From the IMG/VR virus record IMGVR_UViG_3300025715_000012, positions 64,001-128,000 of that record: a stretch of DNA of 64,000 nucleotides; one strand, written 5' to 3'. Under the pieces are notes generated by a model. The model did not search any database, was not told the DNA's origin, and saw only the letters and a program-made list of their open reading frames with translations. This DNA comes from a virus (lineage: Duplodnaviria > Caudoviricetes). A program made the translations under genes and the position numbers. Position 1 is the first letter of the stretch. Every line of letters begins with the position of its first letter. Below are positions 20,819-31,741 of the stretch, in pieces.

Positions 20819-21679
20819 ATGTTAATCAAATTTGAAGATTATTTAGGTGAAAGTATATTCAATAAAAAATATCAAAAATTATTTGATAATTTATATAATT
20901 ATATTAAAAAAAACATACAACTTATAGATGTTGAAACGACAAAAGATTATCCATACAACACTTATGCTTTCAACATTGTGAGATCTATTAAACCTGATTC
21001 AGATGATCCATTTGGAGAAGATTCTGAATCCAAAAAAATTAGAATAAGATTATCAAGAGGTTACGCTTCATTTACATTGGTGATCAATAAAGATATAATT
21101 GATATGCCATCCAATGATATTAGAAAATTATACAATTTGATAGATAATAGAGCTTCAATAATAAGAAAAAATATAGAAAAAGGAAAAGAAAGGGAAAAAG
21201 AGGAAAGAATTAAAAATCTTGATAGTTTTTTTGAAAAAAAAATGTCGAAAAAAGATTATTTAGACGAGTCTCTGTTCAAATCCAATAAATTATATAGCGA
21301 ATTGTATAAAAATTTATATAACTATATTCTCAAAAACTATTCTAAATTGAATGTCATAAAAGATAGAAATAATGAATACGAAATCAATCTAATAAAAACA
21401 GATCTTATGGATGAAGATGAATTCGGTGAAGATTCATCAACGACAATTTTGAAAATAAAAATCGAAAAAAATCGTGATTTTTCTTCATGGTTTAAAGATT
21501 ATTGGTATGCATTATATATCAATGGAGATAGAATAGATATGGAATATCGATATCTCATTAAATTGTATAATTTAATAGATAAAATAGAAAAGTCAAAAGA
21601 AAAAGAAGAGTTCAAACATTCTGAAAAAGAAAAAGATGAAAAGTTGACGAGTGTTATTGATATTTTAAAAAATAAATAA
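20819..21679 (+). CDS. CTS-leader protein with two tandem copies of the 20362 domain
   Basis: YLGESIF and YLDESLF unit starts; DDPFGED and EDEFGED. Confidence 0.75.
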   Translation: MLIKFEDYLGESIFNKKYQKLFDNLYNYIKKNIQLIDVETTKDYPYNTYAFNIVRSIKPDSDDPFGEDSESKKIRIRLSRGYASFTLVINKDIIDMPSNDIRKLYNLIDNRASIIRKNIEKGKEREKEERIKNLDSFFEKKMSKKDYLDESLFKSNKLYSELYKNLYNYILKNYSKLNVIKDRNNEYEINLIKTDLMDEDEFGEDSSTTILKIKIEKNRDFSSWFKDYWYALYINGDRIDMEYRYLIKLYNLIDKIEKSKEKEEFKHSEKEKDEKLTSVIDILKNK

Positions 21680-21684
21680 AAAAT

Positions 21685-21900
21685 ATGAAAATTAAAAAAT
21701 TTGATGAGCAATTTTTATGGGATGCTGGTAATATGAAAGCTCTAAAATCATATATAGATAAAGATGATAATAAATTATATCAAATAAAAGTAAATGAGCC
21801 TTTTGAAATAAAAACAAAGGATTCAGAAACTTATTACAAATTAAAGTTCATATTGAACTCATATAAAATATCTTTCGAAGATTCTATAACGAATCTATAA
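21685..21900 (+). CDS. Small CTS-leader protein
   Basis: MKIKKFDEQF. Confidence 0.6.
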   Translation: MKIKKFDEQFLWDAGNMKALKSYIDKDDNKLYQIKVNEPFEIKTKDSETYYKLKFILNSYKISFEDSITNL

Positions 21901-21917
21901 TTCAAAAAACACAAAAA

Positions 21918-22163
21918 ATGATGGAGAATAAAAAATTCACAGATGATGAATTTGAAAAACTTTTAGATAAAAGAAATAAAACTCTTCATATGATAATGGA
22001 ATCATATAATGAAAGAACAAAAGATTACGATTTATCTTTTTATAATCTTGATATAATTGAAAATGAAATATATAACCATTTAAAAACAAAGGATGATGAG
22101 TTTATAAATAAAATAATAGAAAAAAATGATTGGATAAAAAGAAAGAGGATAGAAGAATTATAG
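21918..22163 (+). CDS. Hypothetical protein
   Basis: 81-aa ORF in the operon. Confidence 0.55.
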   Translation: MMENKKFTDDEFEKLLDKRNKTLHMIMESYNERTKDYDLSFYNLDIIENEIYNHLKTKDDEFINKIIEKNDWIKRKRIEEL

Positions 22164-22835
22164 TTTCAACTTTTTAGCTACATCCATAACACCTTTGACA
22201 TCTCCTTCACAATATTTCATGATAGATTCTTTGTCTTTTCTGTTCCAATAATAATCATAAATCTTTTTTCCATCCAGTGTAGACTTGGGATTTTCTATGC
22301 CGAGAGCATAAGTAACTTCTTCGAGCGAGGCACCGAGATTTGAACCATTTTTCCATATATCATAAATATCTGTGACAAGTATTTCCCAAGGCTTTAATCC
22401 ATTGAAATTCAATGATAAAGGTATGTCTATATTATATTTATACATCTTTCTTACAATCCAAGGTATATCGAAACTTTTTATTCTAAATCCGCATATTCTT
22501 TTATTTGTTTTGCTAACTCTATCAAAGACTCCCTTTATCTTTTGAATCAATTTTTCTTCATCATCATCAATAACACTTCTTATTTGTATAACTCCTTCTG
22601 TATCATACACACCAAAAGACATACAAATTATTTTTCCAAACTCTGGCAAAAGCGGAGCATTTTCTATATAGAAATTTTCAATGTTGGCAGACGGATCCGT
22701 CAATCTTTTCGTAAAAATATTTCTACCTTCGGCATTCATATCCATAAAATTAGGATATTCTGATGTCGTTTCAATATCAAAATAAAAAAGGTCTTTATAC
22801 ATTTTTATACTACTTGGCATATTAATTAATATCAC
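22158..22835 (-). CDS. PolB-related 3'-5' exonuclease (RNase H fold); true start probably slightly downstream
   Basis: FDIET, FGKIICMS, FDIPWI, YCEGDV. Confidence 0.85.
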   Translation of the reverse strand: MILINMPSSIKMYKDLFYFDIETTSEYPNFMDMNAEGRNIFTKRLTDPSANIENFYIENAPLLPEFGKIICMSFGVYDTEGVIQIRSVIDDDEEKLIQKIKGVFDRVSKTNKRICGFRIKSFDIPWIVRKMYKYNIDIPLSLNFNGLKPWEILVTDIYDIWKNGSNLGASLEEVTYALGIENPKSTLDGKKIYDYYWNRKDKESIMKYCEGDVKGVMDVAKKLKL

Positions 22836-22908
22836 AAATATAGTAAATTGTTTTTAATTAAAAAAGTTGATTTGAAAAAAATAATATATAAGAAAAAAAA
22901 CGTGTTCT

Positions 22909-23277
22909 ATGTTCAAAAAGAAAAAAAATCTGTTAATAGTTGAAGATGACTTTGATACAGTAAAAATGTTAAAGAAAATGTTAAAAAAGTTTAATTTAAA
23001 CATCTATGTGAGCGATACTGGAGAAAACGCTCTTGATGTTATGAAAAATAAAAAAATAGATATTGTTTTAATGGACTATAAACTGCCTTATAAAAATGGT
23101 ATATTATTGACAAAAGAAATAAGAAAAATAAATGGGGATATTCCAATAATTTTGGAAACTGGTGAATCAAAACTTTTTGGCAATATGGATACTGTAAAAG
23201 GATTTCAGTTCGATGATATAATTGAAAAGCCATTGACAATGGATAAAGTGACGGATGTAGTAAAAGAATATATTTAA
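22909..23277 (+). CDS. Single-domain response regulator (receiver)
   Basis: LIVEDD, LMDYKLP, T and KP conserved. Confidence 0.9.
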   Translation: MFKKKKNLLIVEDDFDTVKMLKKMLKKFNLNIYVSDTGENALDVMKNKKIDIVLMDYKLPYKNGILLTKEIRKINGDIPIILETGESKLFGNMDTVKGFQFDDIIEKPLTMDKVTDVVKEYI

Positions 23278-23278
23278 A

Positions 23279-23608
23279 ATGAAACACTTGAAATTATATG
23301 AGCAGCTTGATTTTGAGGATCTATCGGACGAAGAACTTTTTGGTGATGAGAAAGATTTATTTCTAGGTAAAAATGGAAATACACTATATGTTTTATATGA
23401 TCCAGAATGCAAATCTGGAAGATTTAATAGATATTTGATGTATCGTGACCGATCAGATTATTATCCTTCGTATCCAAGAACTATTTTTACTCTGAATGTT
23501 TTGCCAGAAGAAAATTCTAAGATTGGATATTCATCTTATCAAGGTGGTATTCATTACACAACATGGAAAAATTTGGATCCAGAAATAAAGAAAAGAATAA
23601 AATTATGA
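23279..23608 (+). CDS. DEELFG-leader cassette protein
   Basis: Leader plus WKNLDPEIK end. Confidence 0.8.
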   Translation: MKHLKLYEQLDFEDLSDEELFGDEKDLFLGKNGNTLYVLYDPECKSGRFNRYLMYRDRSDYYPSYPRTIFTLNVLPEENSKIGYSSYQGGIHYTTWKNLDPEIKKRIKL

Positions 23609-23936
23609 AACATATAAAATTATACGAGCAATATGATTTTGAAGATCTGTCAGACGAGGAGTTATTCGGTAAACAAGAAAAAGATTTATTTTTAGGTGAA
23701 AATGGGGGGGGGGGGGGGGGGCATTGTATATTTTGTGTCCTTCTGATAATTCACTTGATGTTGTTATATATGATCATATGGATGGAGTTGGCAAAGAAAT
23801 ATACCCAAGAGCAATGTTCGAATATAAATTTATTGTTAAAGAAAATTCTAGAATAGCGTATTTAGAGAATCGCAGGTTTCATTATACAACATGGAAAAAA
23901 CTGGATCCAGAAATAAAAGAAAGAATAAAAATATGA
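23605..23936 (+). pseudogene. DEELFG-leader cassette frameshifted at a G18 tract
   Basis: Both halves align to 23279; G run at 23704-23721. Confidence 0.8.
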
Positions 23937-24253
23937 AACACGTAAAACTATACGAACAATTTGATTTTGAGGATCTTTCGGACGATGAACTTTTTGGTAA
24001 ACAAGAGAAAGATTTAACGATTGCAATATGTTCTGGTGATTATTATATTGTATATGCTTTTACAAATGAGATTCATATTTTTAATGAATACTTAACAAAT
24101 GATGATGAACCTGGATATCCTATGAGAATATTTCATTTCGCTGAATATGTCCCAAGAGACACCCAAACCATATGTTATAGAAAAGGGGGTAATACAGCTA
24201 GATGTCTATGGAAAGATTTGTCAGAAGAAATAAAAGAAAGAATACAAATATGA
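23933..24253 (+). CDS. DEELFG-leader cassette protein
   Basis: MKHVKLYEQFDFEDLSDDELFG...WKDLSEEIK. Confidence 0.8.
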   Translation: MKHVKLYEQFDFEDLSDDELFGKQEKDLTIAICSGDYYIVYAFTNEIHIFNEYLTNDDEPGYPMRIFHFAEYVPRDTQTICYRKGGNTARCLWKDLSEEIKERIQI

Positions 24254-24558
24254 AACATTTGAAAATATATGAACAATTTGACGAGAATGATCCTTGGGGT
24301 GAAGAGATCGTTCGTAATAATGACGAAATAAGACCAGAAATATATTTTACAATTGATTGTGATGGCGATATTGAATACGTGACTCCAATGGAATATGAAG
24401 ACTTTGTGGAAAATTTAGTAAATGGTGGAACTATACCTGTCGCTGAAAGAACCGAAGGAACTATATATCCAGATGGAAGAATTGTTTATCGGATTTGTAC
24501 AGAAGTCAGTGAAGATTGGAATGATGATGTTTGGGAAGACAACGAAGTATTTATTTAA
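24250..24558 (+). CDS. Cassette protein with hybrid leader (CTS plus DPWGEE)
   Basis: MKHLKIYEQFDENDPWGEE. Confidence 0.75.
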   Translation: MKHLKIYEQFDENDPWGEEIVRNNDEIRPEIYFTIDCDGDIEYVTPMEYEDFVENLVNGGTIPVAERTEGTIYPDGRIVYRICTEVSEDWNDDVWEDNEVFI

Positions 24559-24574
24559 AAAAATGAAAAAAAAA

Positions 24575-24625
24575 ATGAAGAAACTGAAACTATATGAACA
24601 ATTTCGATCAGTATTTAGATGTTAA
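24575..24625 (+). pseudogene. Empty leader stub
   Basis: MKKLKLYEQFRSVFRC-stop. Confidence 0.6.
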
Positions 24626-24662
24626 AAAAATTATATATAATAAAAAAAATAAAGACATTTAG

Positions 24663-25382
24663 ATGATAACCAAATATAATGAATATATTAAAGAAAACTC
24701 AGAATATAAACTCGATGGAAGAAATGGATTTTTTATGTTTTTGAAGACATTAGATGAGTTGAAAATGACATTTATAAAAACGAATCATTATTTATCAATA
24801 GGTAAATATTTATATTTTTTCACAACAGAAAATTTGAAAAACAAAGACTCTGCTATTGATATATTAGATGATGTCATTTCTCTAAAAGTTTTATCAAAGA
24901 CCTTGGAAGAAAATAAAGACAAAAGATTATCTTTTTATTTTGGCGTCAAAGGATATAGTTTTGAATACGGGCTATGTGATGATATGACAAGCGAAGTTTA
25001 TATGACGGGTGAATTTGTTATAGATAATAATTTTTTGAAAAGTTTAAAATCGTATAAATGTTTGGTTATGATAGAAGATATTCTAAAAAAATCTAATGTG
25101 AGAAACCTCATACTATTACACGAGATAAAAAATCATTTAAAGTCTTGGTATCCAGATAAAGGAAAACCAGTTATATTGAGCGAAGAAGTTCTAAAAAAGA
25201 CAATATCCAGATCTGATATAGGAGATGAAGCATATGATAAAGTGCTCTTTCGATATGAGCAATGGTGCGAAAAATATAAATGGATAGATAAAGTTTTTTA
25301 TTATCTTGATGATGACGAAGAGAAAAAAGAGATAACATTTTATATAAAAATTAAACCGAAAATTAAAGATAAAGAGTTGTGA
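24663..25382 (+). CDS. CTS-leader hypothetical protein; stop codon supplied by an IS-type end
   Basis: MITKYNEYIKE; TGA is the first triplet of the inverted repeat. Confidence 0.75.
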   Translation: MITKYNEYIKENSEYKLDGRNGFFMFLKTLDELKMTFIKTNHYLSIGKYLYFFTTENLKNKDSAIDILDDVISLKVLSKTLEENKDKRLSFYFGVKGYSFEYGLCDDMTSEVYMTGEFVIDNNFLKSLKSYKCLVMIEDILKKSNVRNLILLHEIKNHLKSWYPDKGKPVILSEEVLKKTISRSDIGDEAYDKVLFRYEQWCEKYKWIDKVFYYLDDDEEKKEITFYIKIKPKIKDKEL

Positions 25383-25490
25383 ACTACCACTAAACTAAAG
25401 ATTTAGTGGTTTTCTTTGGAAATTGATTATAAATATTTTTTTATTAAAAATAATTATCATATTTTTGTTTAAAATAAAATATTGAGCCCT

Positions 25491-25811
25491 ATGCACGAAG
25501 AAACTGATAACTATAATGTTATAGATGACTTAAATGAAACAAATCTTCTTATCAAAAAATATGACAGGAAGATAAAAATCTTTGGTTCTTTATATAAAGT
25601 GTCGAGAGTATTATATTTTTTGACACCACTTGTTTTGTTTGCGGCAATATTTGGCGTAAATATTTTTGTAGTGCTGGGAATAACAGCATTTTCTATTTTA
25701 TTTACCGGATATCTATCTCTAAGATTTAAAACTCTATATTATATAAATTATTATGCTCTAAGTGGATTTGGTCAGTATAAAGAAAAGTTGATAGGAGAGA
25801 TGTCAAAATGA
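25491..25811 (+). CDS. Small membrane protein (about 2 TM segments)
   Basis: Hydrophobic VLYFLTPLVLFAAIFGVNIFVVLGITAFSILFTGYL. Confidence 0.65.
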   Translation: MHEETDNYNVIDDLNETNLLIKKYDRKIKIFGSLYKVSRVLYFLTPLVLFAAIFGVNIFVVLGITAFSILFTGYLSLRFKTLYYINYYALSGFGQYKEKLIGEMSK

Positions 25812-25963
25812 AAAATATATTGAAACTCTTTATCATTCTCATTGTTGTTTTATTTTTTTCATCTTGTGCGACAACATACAACAATTGCTCGATAAACGAA
25901 TATAATAAATATAGACAGGTACAAAGAACTATGTACAATATCGATAATCAATGTAAATTTTAA
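25808..25963 (+). CDS. Small lipoprotein (51 aa, absent from the ORF track)
   Basis: MKNILKLFIILIVVLFFSSC lipobox; ATGA overlap with the upstream gene. Confidence 0.6.
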   Translation: MKNILKLFIILIVVLFFSSCATTYNNCSINEYNKYRQVQRTMYNIDNQCKF

Positions 25964-25982
25964 ATAAAAAAAATATAAATAT

Positions 25983-26330
25983 ATGGAAATCAAAGATTTT
26001 GAATGGAAAGCTGTTTATAATCATTGTAAAAAAGTTGAGCCTTCTTTAAATGATTATGAAGTAAATGATGTTATCGCTACAAAAGATATCGGTATATTTA
26101 TACCAGATATGGAAAATGAATATCTCCATAAAGAAGAAAGTGAAGATTTCAAAGTATATTCTCGAAAAGAGCAGTTTGATATCGAGCCACTCAAAGGAGA
26201 TATATTATACTTTGAAAGATTAAACTCCCTATATAGTGTTGATAACGTTGAAGATAAAAATGATTGTTGGTGCTTTACCATTAAAAGATTTTTGGCTTCA
26301 GAAGATTTTGTTTATAATCAATTTTTATAA
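25983..26330 (+). CDS. Hypothetical protein with gp14-like motif
   Basis: EPLKGDILYFERLNSLYSVDNVE resembles the motif in 14227. Confidence 0.55.
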   Translation: MEIKDFEWKAVYNHCKKVEPSLNDYEVNDVIATKDIGIFIPDMENEYLHKEESEDFKVYSRKEQFDIEPLKGDILYFERLNSLYSVDNVEDKNDCWCFTIKRFLASEDFVYNQFL

Positions 26331-26459
26331 TGACCCTTTAGTTTGGTGGATGAATTTGACATTTTTTGATATTTAAATATATAATATATATAATATAAGT
26401 TCATTGACACCTTGATTAATTTGGTTCTGTCATAGGTAAAAATCAAGCAAAGCAAAAAA

Positions 26460-26574
26460 TTAGTCTGGTTGTGGGACGCAAGACGGACTTAAAACAAAAA
26501 TGCGGTGAGGCGTTCTCGTTGGAGAAGTCTATGAAACGCGAAACTACTAAATCTTTAGTTTAGTGGTAGTTCAT
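26460..26574 (+). ncRNA. Putative TnpB omegaRNA scaffold remnant
   Basis: Locally GC-richer segment ending in a hairpin plus GGTAGTTCA, the typical right end of TnpB elements. Confidence 0.5.
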
Positions 26575-26612
26575 ATGGATGAAGAGATCCTCCTTTCTTA
26601 ATTCATTAAAAC

Positions 26613-26642
26613 AAAACCCGGTTGTAGGAAACCGGGTTTTTT
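26613..26642 (+). terminator. Intrinsic terminator
   Basis: AAAACCCGGTT...AACCGGGTTTT followed by a T run. Confidence 0.85.
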
Positions 26643-26675
26643 ATTTTAATATATATTTCTAAAAAATAAATAGTC

Positions 26676-27203
26676 TTGAAACATTTAAAAATATACGAAC
26701 AATTTGACTTTGATGATTTTTCAGATGAAGAACTTTTTGGATTCAAAGACGACAATATAAAGATTGGTGATAAAGTTTATTTAATAAATGATGAAAACGC
26801 TCTCTATTATGAATATGGAGGTGAATTTGTTTCTTCGGCTAATAGAATTAATTTTTCTGAAGAAGTAAAAGATATACAATTTATAAATGGCGAGAAATGT
26901 TTAAAAATAACCGGACTATGGTATAAATCAAGTTGTTTTTCTCTTACATCATTATTGGCGAAAATATCAAAAAAAGAACAATATGATTTTGAAGATCTAT
27001 CTGATGAAGAACTTTTTGGTAAGGAACCATTTGATTATACTGAATTGAAAGTTGGAGATTTGTTAGAATTAAAGAATGGTGAAATTGTAGAAGTTTATGC
27101 GGTGCCAAACAAAACAAGTTCATTATTATACATATTTGGTAGAAGAAGTGGGATTAGAAAAATTGACACAGAAGAAATAAAAAAAGTTATCAAAAAGAAA
27201 TAA
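26676..27203 (+). CDS. Fusion of two DEELFG cassettes (two SH3/KOW-like domains)
   Basis: Leader at the start and EQYDFEDLSDEELFG again at 26976. Confidence 0.8.
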   Translation: MKHLKIYEQFDFDDFSDEELFGFKDDNIKIGDKVYLINDENALYYEYGGEFVSSANRINFSEEVKDIQFINGEKCLKITGLWYKSSCFSLTSLLAKISKKEQYDFEDLSDEELFGKEPFDYTELKVGDLLELKNGEIVEVYAVPNKTSSLLYIFGRRSGIRKIDTEEIKKVIKKK

Positions 27204-27231
27204 AAAACCCAGTTTAAAACTGGGTCTTTTT
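27202..27231. terminator. Bidirectional terminator between convergent genes
   Basis: ACCCAGTTT-A-AAACTGGGT flanked by A and T runs. Confidence 0.8.
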
Positions 27232-27248
27232 CATATTTACTTGTTTTT

Positions 27249-28877
<1,629 letters not shown>

Positions 28878-28885
28878 TTATTTTT

Positions 28886-29110
28886 TTAATTTTTTTTTAT
28901 ATTCTCCACAGTTACTATAAAACTCTTATACATGTCAGTTTCATTTTCTTCCATTACATATAATGGAGTTTTATTTTCCAATTTATCTGGATCATACATT
29001 ATTGGGGATATTTTTAGATTTTTAGAATCTAAAAAATCTCTAATCATATTTAATAAATCTTTTGTTTCCATAAACATTATTTTTTTTTTATTTTTCACAC
29101 CACAATTCAA
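28886..29110 (-). CDS. Hypothetical protein (start probably downstream)
   Basis: ORF within the groES-groEL run. Confidence 0.5.
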   Translation of the reverse strand: MNCGVKNKKKIMFMETKDLLNMIRDFLDSKNLKISPIMYDPDKLENKTPLYVMEENETDMYKSFIVTVENIKKN

Positions 29111-29576
29111 TCAAATCATTAATTGCTTCATCAAATGGTTTATATCTTTCATTAATTTCATCAAGCCTGGCTCGAACTCTTCTGACCAAATCTTTAGTTT
29201 TTTTATCACATTCTTCTGGGGTATCGCCATAAACATCATGTTCTAACGATCCTAACCATTCCTTTTTTATTGATTTATTTCGAAATATAATAATTTGTTG
29301 TAAAGCCTTTGGATAATTGTCTTTGCATTCGATATCATGTCCCCATCCTGCCCAATCAGAGTGACCTTTACATCCTGATGCGCCACTGATACCTGATTGA
29401 ACTTGATTTTCTGTGTTTTTATTCAATTTTTCAATTTCATTCTCTGTGAAAACCAACATTTTAACACCAGTTTTTTCACCATTTTTATAAGTGTCACAAA
29501 AACCATTTCCGTCTCGCTCACCGCAAGTAATTTCTCCATCACTTATTTCTTTTTTTCTTTTAAAAAATTTCATCAT
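29088..29576 (-). CDS. Hypothetical protein
   Basis: 162-aa ORF coupled to its neighbours. Confidence 0.6.
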   Translation of the reverse strand: MMKFFKRKKEISDGEITCGERDGNGFCDTYKNGEKTGVKMLVFTENEIEKLNKNTENQVQSGISGASGCKGHSDWAGWGHDIECKDNYPKALQQIIIFRNKSIKKEWLGSLEHDVYGDTPEECDKKTKDLVRRVRARLDEINERYKPFDEAINDLIELWCEK

Positions 29577-29761
29577 CCCTTAAATCCTATTTTTTGATGA
29601 GACCCGTCGCAATGTGGTTTTGATTTTGATGCTCCGCATCTACATAAGTAACATCTATGCGGCTCAGATATAGTTTTTCCATCATCTTGGACCAATTTAA
29701 TATCTCCTAAAATCATTATTGGCCCATCTTTCAAAATTGTCACAGATACTTTTTCATCCAT
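29573..29761 (-). CDS. CDGSH iron-sulfur domain protein
   Basis: LCRCGASKSKPHCDGSH. Confidence 0.92.
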   Translation of the reverse strand: MDEKVSVTILKDGPIMILGDIKLVQDDGKTISEPHRCYLCRCGASKSKPHCDGSHQKIGFKG

Positions 29762-29764
29762 AAT

Positions 29765-30055
29765 TTATTCCTCCTCTTTATTTAAAATACAATAGATATC
29801 ACTTTGTTTTATGATGTAATGTTTTTCATCACCGGCATTTAATTCTACGGATCCCCATTTTCTAAAAAACACATCATCATTAACTTTTACTTCCATCACT
29901 TCATCTTTAGTTCCGGGACCAACAGCCAACACTGTTCCTTTTAAATTATCATCTTCTTTTGCGGTTCCAGGTATTATTATACCACCTTTTGTTTTTTCTT
30001 CTGCTGGATAAGGTTTAACCAACACATGATCTTTCAATAGACTTTTTATTACCAT
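29765..30055 (-). CDS. groES: Co-chaperonin GroES
   Basis: EEKTKGGIIIPGTAKE, GTVLAVGPG. Confidence 0.95.
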   Translation of the reverse strand: MVIKSLLKDHVLVKPYPAEEKTKGGIIIPGTAKEDDNLKGTVLAVGPGTKDEVMEVKVNDDVFFRKWGSVELNAGDEKHYIIKQSDIYCILNKEEE

Positions 30056-30083
30056 AATTTTTTTATTTTTTTTTATAATTACC

Positions 30084-30260
30084 TGTCAAAGAAAACCTCT
30101 AAATCTTTAGTTTAGTTGATGAATTTGACAAAAAATGACTCAAATTATTTAATATATACATTTAACTAGAAATAGTTTAAAGTTCTTTGACGTGATGATA
30201 TATGGTTCTGGATTAAAAACTTGATCCAGGTAAAATCATAAAAGTAGTCAGCGAAAACCA
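30084..30260 (+). mobile_element. IS-type left-end remnant homologous to 26337-26445
   Basis: Shared TTTAGTTT.GT.GATGAATTTGACA...AATATATA...AAGTTC.TTGAC...TGGTTCTG...AGGTAAAA. Confidence 0.55.
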
Positions 30261-30443
30261 AGCATTAATGACTTTCAAGAATTCAGATAGTTGTGCTACT
30301 GTCATTAATTCATCTCTACTTTTCATATTTTTTATATTAATTTTTAAATAATTACAAGCTTCTTTTATTAAAAAGATCTCTTTATTAACGCATAGTTTTA
30401 CAATTTTTATACCAATAAATGATATATGACAAAATGACACTTT

Positions 30444-31217
30444 TTAGAAGTACCAATCCTCATCATCATAATAATATTTTCTCATACTATCATCTATCTT
30501 TGGCACTCCTTCTTTTGGCAGTCTTTCCCATCTAACACGACAAGCCGCCCTAGCCAATAACTCAACATATTCAATATCAGTTATTTCGCTATGTGTGTGC
30601 TCGCCCGAGTATCCACAAGATAAATTTGTAACATTAGGTATAATTCCCATAAATGATGCACTATCTGTATAAATGCCAGTTCTATCGAGATAATAATTCA
30701 GCCCGCTTTTATTGAGTTCCTTGGCTAAAGCGTCACCGAATTCATCTGTGCATCCTCTTCTGCCCATTTGATGTGTTATAACAGAGTCATATCCTCGTCT
30801 GTCGAAAGAGACCATTCTATCAAAATTATCCGAGAAGAAATTTTTATTTTTTGATATTATTTTGTGTGCACCAGCCATGCCGCTCTCTTCACCAGCGAAG
30901 AAATAATATGTGCCGGGTATGTTTCTCTCTATCATGTAAAGTAAAATTGTCATACCATTTTTATCATCACTTCCCAGTATAGTCGTTCCATCTGATCTGA
31001 TATAATTTCCATCTATGACATGATTAACTTTTTCCATGTGCCATGAAGCAGTGTCCATATGACAAGTAAAGCAAGTTCTGCTTTTTCCTATAACAACATA
31101 GTAATTTCCACATCCATCTTCAATATGATTTTCTGGCAAATATGGTTTCAACAAATGCTCTTGTCCGTATGTTATAGTATATTCTGTGAGTTTTAAAAAA
31201 GTGTCTAAAAAATTCAT
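30444..31217 (-). CDS. Zn-dependent M28/M20-like peptidase or hydrolase
   Basis: CHMDT, LGSDDKNG, GEESG, SFDRRG, EHT. Confidence 0.8.
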   Translation of the reverse strand: MNFLDTFLKLTEYTITYGQEHLLKPYLPENHIEDGCGNYYVVIGKSRTCFTCHMDTASWHMEKVNHVIDGNYIRSDGTTILGSDDKNGMTILLYMIERNIPGTYYFFAGEESGMAGAHKIISKNKNFFSDNFDRMVSFDRRGYDSVITHQMGRRGCTDEFGDALAKELNKSGLNYYLDRTGIYTDSASFMGIIPNVTNLSCGYSGEHTHSEITDIEYVELLARAACRVRWERLPKEGVPKIDDSMRKYYYDDEDWYF

Positions 31218-31427
31218 CTTATTTATTTTTTTTTCTTATATGTCGTTTGTGTTATATTTGTTTAAAAAATTATCTATCAGATACCGTCGAAAAAATGTTC
31301 AAGGATAAATGCTGGGTTTGGCTCGCCAGCGGCTACGGGCACTGGCTGTTCAGTTACTGCATTAACTCCTTGAATACCACGTTCATACTCCTTTTTCTCT
31401 ATTCTATGAATCCAATCTTTTTTGAAA

Positions 31428-31688
31428 CTATCTATCACAACGTGTGGAGACTCCACATATTTTATTTACTTCTAATGATATACTTTTGGCTCTATATAAA
31501 TTGGAAGCACAAAAATTTCTTAATTCTTTTTTTAGAAGTTTTTCTTCTCTTTTTTGAACAATATTATCATCCACTTTAATAACAACTTGACAATCAATGT
31601 CTTCATCTAAGTTTAGAACACTAACTATCTCGTAATTATAATCTATGAAGGCTAAAATTTCTTCTTTCATTTGCGTAAATATTTTCAT
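31428..31688 (-). CDS. Hypothetical protein
   Basis: TATATTTG promoter just upstream. Confidence 0.5.
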   Translation of the reverse strand: MKIFTQMKEEILAFIDYNYEIVSVLNLDEDIDCQVVIKVDDNIVQKREEKLLKKELRNFCASNLYRAKSISLEVNKICGVSTRCDR

Positions 31689-31741
31689 ACTTGAAGTTTT
31701 ACAAATATAAAAATATTTTTTGAAATAAAAAAATGTAAATA

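Larger units (their letters stand above)
25380..26574. mobile_element. Segment bounded by 33-bp inverted IS200/IS605- or IS607-type (TnpB) ends, no transposase or TnpB
   Basis: 25380-25412 matches the reverse complement of 26541-26573 at 32 of 33 positions; each end has an internal hairpin. Confidence 0.7.

Noticed and set aside
25491-25963. Membrane protein plus overlapping lipoprotein as a spanin pair
   Set aside because: The first protein has central TM segments and no long periplasmic coiled coil, and no lysis genes are nearby.
26574-26595. Putative omegaRNA guide targeting the DEELFG repeats
   Set aside because: Matches are only about 10-12 nt and are explained by shared Asp-Glu-Glu codons.
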